Below, one piece after another: positions 30,545 to 37,053 of a stretch of DNA of 37,053 bases. Made by a program: the position numbers and the translations under genes. The DNA comes from Thermoanaerobaculales bacterium. GTDB lineage: Bacteria; Acidobacteriota; Thermoanaerobaculia; Thermoanaerobaculales; Sulfomarinibacteraceae. The DNA lies in the NCBI GenBank assembly GCA_025456385.1, contig JALOKS010000006.1, positions 1 to 37,053 of the forward strand. Direction: 5' to 3'. A model generated the notes under the pieces. That model was not told where the DNA came from. It made no database searches and saw only the letters and a program-made list of their open reading frames with translations. Every line of letters begins with the position of its first letter. The first letter of the stretch is position 1.

Positions 30545-30573
30545 TTGAGGAAGCCCCCGCAAGGGGCTAGAGT
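30545..30573 (+). promoter_or_regulatory. Putative sigma70 promoter with a palindrome in the spacer
   Basis: TTGAGG-17 nt-TAGAGT; the spacer holds AGCCCC-CGCAA-GGGGCT. Confidence 0.45.
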
Positions 30574-30630
30574 GGGTCCCCGGCGGCATTCGCGCCAGGT
30601 CCAGGCGGCGACGGAGGAGCACCCAGCACC

Positions 30631-32034
30631 ATGCCAATCGTCTCGATTTCCCAAGGCAGCTACAGCGGCTCGAAGCAGCTCGCGGACGCGCTCAGCAAGA
30701 GGCTCGGTTTCAAGGTCGTCAGGCTCGAGGACGCGGTCGCCGCAGCCAAGCGCTACGGCATCTCCGAGGAGGAGATGTACCGCGGCCTCGACATGCCGGC
30801 CAACTTCTTCGAGCGCTTCACCCAGCGCAAGGAGCGCTACATCCTCGCCATGCAGGCGACGCTCGGCGGGCTCTTCGCCGACGGCAACGGCATCTACTGC
30901 GGGCTCGTCGGTCAGTTCATCTTCCACGGCCTCTGCGGCGTCTTCAAGGTCCGGCTGGTGGCGCCGCTCGACTTCCGGATCAACGCCACCATCGCCAGCC
31001 TCAGGCTCTCCCACGAGGAGGCCGTGCGCTACATCCGCGACGCCGACGAGCGGCGGGCCAAGTGGGGACGGCAGATGTTCAACGCCGACCTCAACGATCC
31101 CGACCTCTACGACCTGGTCGTCAACCTCGAGCACATGAACATCGAGACCGCCGCCGACATGATCACCGGCATCATCAAGCGCAAGGAGTTCCCCGAGGAC
31201 TGCTACCGCCAGTTCCAGAGCTTCGCCCTCGAGAAGCGAGTGCGGGCGGCGTTGCGCTTCAACTCGCCCTACGAGTCCGACAGCGTCCAGATCCAGGCCG
31301 CCGACGGCGTCGTCACGCTGTCGGGGGGGGCCTCCTTCGAGGGGTCGCGCGCGGCGATCGTCGACTTCGTGAGCCGCATCCGGGGCGTCCGCAAGGTCGT
31401 GACCGACGCCGGCGAGGTCGCCTCGGTGGACTCCACCCTCGATCTCGACCTCGGCGTCTCGACCCGGGACACCACGGCGCGCGACGTCATGCTGCCCCCC
31501 GACGGCTACCCGCACTGCACCCTGTCGTGCACGATCCGCGACGCGGTGGTGGCCCTGAGCGCCTCGGCGGTGAAGCTCGAGGACGGCTACACCATGGTGC
31601 CGCGCTACGTGCTGATCCTCGACGACGAGCGGCGGGAGCTGCGCGGCATCGTCAGCCGCCGCGAGCTCCTGAAGGGCCTCATCCCCCACCTCCAGCGGGA
31701 CAAGGAGTCGGAGGCCCAGATCCGCAAGCTGGTGCCCTTCGCCGGCCAGGTGCCGACTGACCTGCTCATCCGCTGGACCTCGCTCTTCACCCCCGCCGCG
31801 CTGGAGGCGGCGCGGCGCCCGGTGAGCTCGATCATGGTGCCCATCCGGGGCACCGTCCAGGTCGGCGACTCCCTGTCGACCGTCATCTCGACCATGCTCA
31901 CCCACGGCGTCGACCTCGTGCCGGTTCTCGACGGCCAGCGGGTCGCCGGCGTGGTGCTGATGACCAACATCTTCGACATCGTCGCCCAGTTCGTGATGGA
32001 GCACGGCGGGACCGGCCCGCGGGGGCGCGGCTGA
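30631..32034 (+). CDS. Cytidylate-kinase-like / BON / CBS-pair fusion protein
   Basis: IVSISQGSYSGS...VRLVAP...DERR...DPDLYDLVVN (CMK-like); VRAAL...ADGVVTLSG...GVRKV (BON); ARDVM, GIVSRRELL, SIMVP, VPVLDG (CBS pair). Confidence 0.85.
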   Translation: MPIVSISQGSYSGSKQLADALSKRLGFKVVRLEDAVAAAKRYGISEEEMYRGLDMPANFFERFTQRKERYILAMQATLGGLFADGNGIYCGLVGQFIFHGLCGVFKVRLVAPLDFRINATIASLRLSHEEAVRYIRDADERRAKWGRQMFNADLNDPDLYDLVVNLEHMNIETAADMITGIIKRKEFPEDCYRQFQSFALEKRVRAALRFNSPYESDSVQIQAADGVVTLSGGASFEGSRAAIVDFVSRIRGVRKVVTDAGEVASVDSTLDLDLGVSTRDTTARDVMLPPDGYPHCTLSCTIRDAVVALSASAVKLEDGYTMVPRYVLILDDERRELRGIVSRRELLKGLIPHLQRDKESEAQIRKLVPFAGQVPTDLLIRWTSLFTPAALEAARRPVSSIMVPIRGTVQVGDSLSTVISTMLTHGVDLVPVLDGQRVAGVVLMTNIFDIVAQFVMEHGGTGPRGRG

Positions 32035-33584
32035 TGGCCGACGCAGTCGCCGCCGGTAAGCAGCGCCGCCCGCTCCTCTTCCGCCCCCGACCGCACTCCG
32101 AGATCGACTGGAAGCGGATCTTCTTCCTGAGCCTCGGGCTGGGGCTGTTCTTCGCCGTCCATCTCTCCCCGCCCTGGCCGGTCGCCGTCGACCCCATGGG
32201 GGAGGAGTTCGTGCTCAGCGCCCAGGGCAAGGCGGCACTCGGGCTCTTCCTGCTCGCCGCCGTGTGGTGGGTCTTCGAGGTGCTGCCGATCGGCGTCACC
32301 GCGATCTCCATCGGCGTCGTCCAGGCCCTGTTCCTGATCCGGCCGGACCTCGTGGTGGCGGGCGGGGGCGACCCGATCGACGGCGCCGAGCTCGCCTTCA
32401 AGGAGTTCATGAACCCCTCGGTGTGGTTCATCTTCGGCTCGATCGTCATCGGCATGGTCTTCACCAAGACCGGGCTCACCAAGCGCCTCGCCTACATGAT
32501 GCTGATGCTGGTCGGCGAGCGGACCAGCCGGATCTACCTCGGTTGCTTCGTCATGACCGCCGCCCTGACGCACGTGATGGCCCACACCGCGGTCGCCGCG
32601 ACGGTCTTCCCGCTGCTGGTCGCCATCTACCGCCTCTACGAGGAGGGCGACACGCCCACCCGCTTCGGCAAGGGGCTCTTCATGGGCATGGCCTACATCG
32701 CCGGCGCCGGCTCCATCATCACCCTGCTCGGCGCCGCCCGCGGCGCGGTCGCGATCGGCTTCTACAAGGAGATCACCGGCAAGGAGGTCAGCTTCTTCGG
32801 TTTCAGCTACTACCTCTTCCCCCTCGGCTGGGTGATGGTGTTCGCGCTCTGGGCCCTGATCATGGTCCTCTACCGGCCGGAGCGCGCGGTCATACCCGGC
32901 CTGCGCGAGCGCGCGCGCGACCTCTACACCCGCCTCGGGCCGATCTCGGCCAAGGAGCTGCAGGCCGCCGTCATCGTCGTCGCCGCCGTCGCCCTGATGA
33001 GCCTTCGCTCCTTCGTGCCGGCGCTCGCCGCCATCGACAAGACCGCGATCATCCTCGTCGCGACGGTGCTGTTCTTCATCCTCAAGATCCTCGAGATCGG
33101 CGACCTCGAGGACGTTCCCTGGAACATCGTCCTCCTCTTCGGCGGCGCCATGAGCCTCGGCTACTGCCTGGTGCTGACCGGCGCCGCCGACTGGCTCGCC
33201 ATCAACACCGCCTCCGCGCTCGAGGCCGCCCCGGCCCTGGTCTTCATCCTCGGCATGGCCCTTTTCGTGCTCATCATGACCAACCTGATCATGAACGTCG
33301 CCGCGATCGCCATCTGCCTGCCGGTGGCGCTCAAGATGGCGCCCTACCTCGGCGTCGGCGGCGACGTGATCTTCTTCAGCGCCCTGGTCACCGCCGGCAT
33401 GCCCTTCCTGCTGCTGGTGGGCGCCGCGCCCAACGCCATCGCCTACGAGAGCAAGCAGTTCAGCTCGGGCGAGTTCTTCCGCGCCGGAGTGCCGGCGAGC
33501 GTGATACTGATGGTCGTGCTCGCGCTCTTCGTGACAGTTGTCTGGCCGCTGATGGGCATGGAGGTGATGGTCCCGAGGCCCTGA
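32034..33584 (+). CDS. SLC13/DASS family sodium:sulfate/dicarboxylate symporter
   Basis: Many TM helices; WWVFEVLPIGVT, KTGLTKRLA, AHTAVAA, VPWNIVLLFGG, GAAPNAIAY. Confidence 0.92.
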   Translation: MADAVAAGKQRRPLLFRPRPHSEIDWKRIFFLSLGLGLFFAVHLSPPWPVAVDPMGEEFVLSAQGKAALGLFLLAAVWWVFEVLPIGVTAISIGVVQALFLIRPDLVVAGGGDPIDGAELAFKEFMNPSVWFIFGSIVIGMVFTKTGLTKRLAYMMLMLVGERTSRIYLGCFVMTAALTHVMAHTAVAATVFPLLVAIYRLYEEGDTPTRFGKGLFMGMAYIAGAGSIITLLGAARGAVAIGFYKEITGKEVSFFGFSYYLFPLGWVMVFALWALIMVLYRPERAVIPGLRERARDLYTRLGPISAKELQAAVIVVAAVALMSLRSFVPALAAIDKTAIILVATVLFFILKILEIGDLEDVPWNIVLLFGGAMSLGYCLVLTGAADWLAINTASALEAAPALVFILGMALFVLIMTNLIMNVAAIAICLPVALKMAPYLGVGGDVIFFSALVTAGMPFLLLVGAAPNAIAYESKQFSSGEFFRAGVPASVILMVVLALFVTVVWPLMGMEVMVPRP

Positions 33585-33621
33585 CCGCGTTCGTGCCGCG
33601 GCTCATGACGGGGAGGTGCCG

Positions 33622-34245
33622 ATGCCGACTCAGAAGGTGATCGAAGGCCACCGCCGGTTCCGTGAGAAGTTCGAGTCCGAGAACGAGGTCTTCGCCCGCC
33701 TTGCCGAGGAGGGCCAGAACCCGAAGGTGCTGTGGATCGGCTGCTCGGACTCGCGGGTCATCCCGGAGCTCATCACCGGCGCCGACCCTGGCGAGCTCTT
33801 CAACGTGCGCAACATCGCCAACGTCGTGCCGCCGGCCTCGGGCGAGGCCTGCTCCACCGGGGCGGCGATCGAGTACGCGGTCCTCCATCTCCGGGTCGAC
33901 CACGTCGTCGTCTGCGGCCACACCGGCTGCGGCGGCATCAAGGCCCTCGAGGCACCCCCCTCGCCCGAGGCCGAGCCGCACATCGCCGGCTGGCTCGGGC
34001 TCGCCGCGCCGGCGCGGCAGCAGGTGCTCGCGCGCGGCACGGCACCCGAGGAGGTCTACCTCGAGACCATCAGGGCCAACGTGCTGCTGCAGTGTGGGAA
34101 CCTGCGCACCTACCCCTGCGTCCGGGAGCACGAGCAGGCCGGCGACCTCAGCGTCCACGCCTGGCTCTACGACCTCCGCTCCGGCGTGATCGAGGAGTAC
34201 CGGCTGGCCAGCGGCACGTGGGAGAGCGTCGCGCACTCCCGCTGA
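33622..34245 (+). CDS. can: Beta-class carbonic anhydrase
   Basis: IGCSDSRV, GELFNVRNIANVV, AIEYAV, VCGHTGCGG zinc ligands; GGAGG SD. Confidence 0.95.
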   Translation: MPTQKVIEGHRRFREKFESENEVFARLAEEGQNPKVLWIGCSDSRVIPELITGADPGELFNVRNIANVVPPASGEACSTGAAIEYAVLHLRVDHVVVCGHTGCGGIKALEAPPSPEAEPHIAGWLGLAAPARQQVLARGTAPEEVYLETIRANVLLQCGNLRTYPCVREHEQAGDLSVHAWLYDLRSGVIEEYRLASGTWESVAHSR

Positions 34246-34280
34246 GCGTGCCCGCCCCCGCCGGCGCGTCCCGCGGCAGC

Positions 34281-34318
34281 TGTCAAGCTCCCCGACACCC
34301 CTGGCAAGTTTCTTGCCA
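34281..34318. promoter_or_regulatory. Tandem 17-bp palindromes, putative enhancer (UAS) for a sigma54 activator
   Basis: TGTCAAGCTCCCCGACA (34281-34297) and TGGCAAGTTTCTTGCCA (34302-34318), 21 bp apart, about 110-145 bp upstream of a -24/-12 site. Confidence 0.7.
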
Positions 34319-34425
34319 CTCCGGCCCCGTCGCGGTCCCGCCCCGGTCCGGGCGACGGGCATCTATCCCACGTTGCCACAATCAGTTCAGCCCGCATCAC
34401 GCACCCCGGGAGGAGCCCGGGGCTG

Positions 34426-34441
34426 TGGCACGGGCGTTGCT
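34426..34441 (+). promoter_or_regulatory. Sigma54 (-24/-12) promoter
   Basis: TGGCACGGGCGTTGCT, an exact match to TGGCACG-N4-TTGCW. Confidence 0.88.
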
Positions 34442-34483
34442 CACCAGCAGGCGGGCCTGCCCGCCACGGAGGCACCTCGAAAC

Positions 34484-35089
34484 ATGCTGATCTCGAAGGA
34501 CACCTCGATCCCGTTGTCCCGGCGCTTCCGGCTGCCGGCGGTGGTGGCGGCGCTGGCGGTGATCTCCGTGGCGCCGATGGTGATCACCGGCGCCATCAAC
34601 TTGCAGCAGTTCCGGGCCGCCTACAAGGACAAGGTCCGCGACCACATCGGCGAGCTCGTGCAGCGCCACGCCGAAACCGTCGACGCCTTCGTCGAGGACC
34701 GGCTCTCCGACATCCGGGTCGTCGCCCGCGAGCACGAGCGCGCGGAGCTCGAAGACCCGGCGTCCCTCCGTCAGCTCCTCAACGTGCTCCGCGAGGAGTA
34801 CCACGGAGCCTTCGTCGACCTCGGTCTGGTGACGCGGGACGGCGTGCAGATCGCCTACGCCGGCCCCTTCAACCTGACGATGGCCGACTACTCGTCCGCC
34901 GAGTGGTTCGAGAAGGCGCGGCTCCGAGAGCACTACGTCTCGGATGTCTTCGCCGGCCTGCGCGGCAGCCCGCACTTCATCGTCACCGCCGCCCGGTCGC
35001 AGGGCGACGAGCGCTACTTCGTGAAGGCGACCATCGACTTCGAGGCCTTCAACAACCTGGTCGGCAACATCCGTCGTCGAGGGTCGTGA
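34484..35089 (+). pseudogene. Sensor histidine kinase, N-terminal fragment (TM plus Cache-like periplasmic domain)
   Basis: GGAGG SD, TM helix, FVDLGLV, AYAGP, YSSAEWF, YVSDVFAGLRGSPHF; frame breaks near 35073. Confidence 0.8.
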
Positions 35090-35090
35090 C

Positions 35091-36094
<1,004 letters not shown>

Positions 36095-36098
<4 letters not shown>

Positions 36099-36535
36099 TC
36101 GAACTGTCGGTGCTGCTGGTTGACGATGAGGAGGCGTTCGTCGACGCGCTGGCGCGGCGCCTCGGCAAGCGAGGCTTCCGGGTCGCCACGGCGACCAGTG
36201 GGGACGGGGCCCTGCAGGCCCTCGACGAGGGCGGCGCGACGAGGACCGATGTCGTGGTCCTCGACGTCAAGATGCCCGGTCTGGACGGGCTCGAGACGCT
36301 GGCCCTGATCAAGGAGCGCCACCCCCTGGTCGAGGTGATCATGCTGACCGGTCACGCGACGGTCGAGTCCGCCATCGAGGGCATGAAGCGCGGCGCCTTC
36401 GACTACCTGATGAAGCCGTCCGACATGGACATCCTGATCGCGAAGCTCAGCCAGGCCGGCCAGAAGAAGCGCGACCACGAGACCAAGATCCTCGAGGCTC
36501 GCGCCACCCTGATCGCGCTCCGCCGCGGGGACTGA
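36095..36535 (+). CDS. Stand-alone response regulator receiver protein
   Basis: LLVDDE, VVVLDVKMPG, MLTGH, YLMKP; GAGGAG SD. Confidence 0.93.
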
Positions 36536-36538
36536 GCG

Positions 36539-36931
36539 ATGGCCGGCGACGAGAGGCCGATCCGGCTGCTGCTGGTGGATGACGAGGTCGGGTACCTCGA
36601 GGTGCTCGGGAAGAGGCTCGCCAAGCGGGACTTCCAGGTGACGACGGCGCGCTCCGGGACGCAGGCCATCCGCTGCCTGCGCGACCACGACTTCGACGTC
36701 GCGGTCGTGGATCTCAAGATGGAGGACATGGACGGCATCGAGCTCCTCAAGGTGCTCAAGCAGATGCTGCCCGAGCTGCAGGTGATCATGCTCACCGGTC
36801 ACGGCTCGGAGCGGGCGGCGCGGGACGGGCTCGCCCTCGGCGCCTTCGACTATCTGCTGAAGCCGATCGATCTCGAGATCCTGCTCGAGCGGGTGCTGGC
36901 CGCGGTCGGGCGAGGCGGCGATGGCTCCTGA
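36539..36931 (+). CDS. Stand-alone response regulator receiver protein
   Basis: LLVDDE, VAVVDLKME, MLTGH, YLLKP. Confidence 0.93.
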   Translation: MAGDERPIRLLLVDDEVGYLEVLGKRLAKRDFQVTTARSGTQAIRCLRDHDFDVAVVDLKMEDMDGIELLKVLKQMLPELQVIMLTGHGSERAARDGLALGAFDYLLKPIDLEILLERVLAAVGRGGDGS

Positions 36932-37018
36932 ACTCAAGGCGGAGGCGCTGCATTTTTTTCAGGCGAAGTCTGCCGGCCCGCGCAGGCCGGCTGCAGTCCT
37001 GTCAAGGGAGGGAATGGT

Positions 37019-37053
37019 ATGAGCTTCTTCAGAGACTGGGGAGAGATGATGTC
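37019..37053 (+). CDS. Start of the next gene (MSFFRDWGEMM...), cut by the window edge
   Basis: GGGAGG SD then ATG; only 11 codons are visible. Confidence 0.5.
   Translation, partial: MSFFRDWGEMM

Noticed and set aside
35087-35089. Selenocysteine read-through joining the two kinase halves
   Set aside because: The halves are in different frames, so UGA recoding cannot join them

Overview
A very GC-rich bacterial chromosome segment. Gene content and order suggest Acidobacteriota, possibly Thermoanaerobaculia (inference only). About 1-29 kb is mostly housekeeping: tsaC, recN, cupin, coaE, folD, ubiE/menG, rdgB, an FHA-GAF adenylate cyclase, truA-uppS-cdsA-rseP, PASTA-rpe-bamD-LysM, tadA-tRNA-Ser(CGA)-tRNA-Ser(GGA)-SRP RNA, selB, CYTH, a nucleotidyltransferase, fimT-like/comEA, ubiX-mqnP-dNK-serS, an HD hydrolase and glnA. 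About 29-37 kb is an accessory anion-transport and signalling locus: a sigma54 activator with a degenerate receiver, a CMK-like/BON/CBS fusion, an SLC13/DASS transporter, a beta-carbonic anhydrase, then a perfect sigma54 promoter with tandem enhancer palindromes ahead of a sensor kinase and two stand-alone receivers. Patterns not explained by gene calls: three different 7-bp tandem arrays, each at a stop codon; TANNNT boxes 6-9 nt upstream of 11 start codons (probable leaderless transcription); DnaA-box-like repeats at the left edge; a strong-SD mini-ORF ahead of comEA; and four abrupt deletions (folD, serS motif 2, serS/HD junction, sensor kinase) that are most likely assembly artefacts. No CRISPR array, integrase or transposase was seen.
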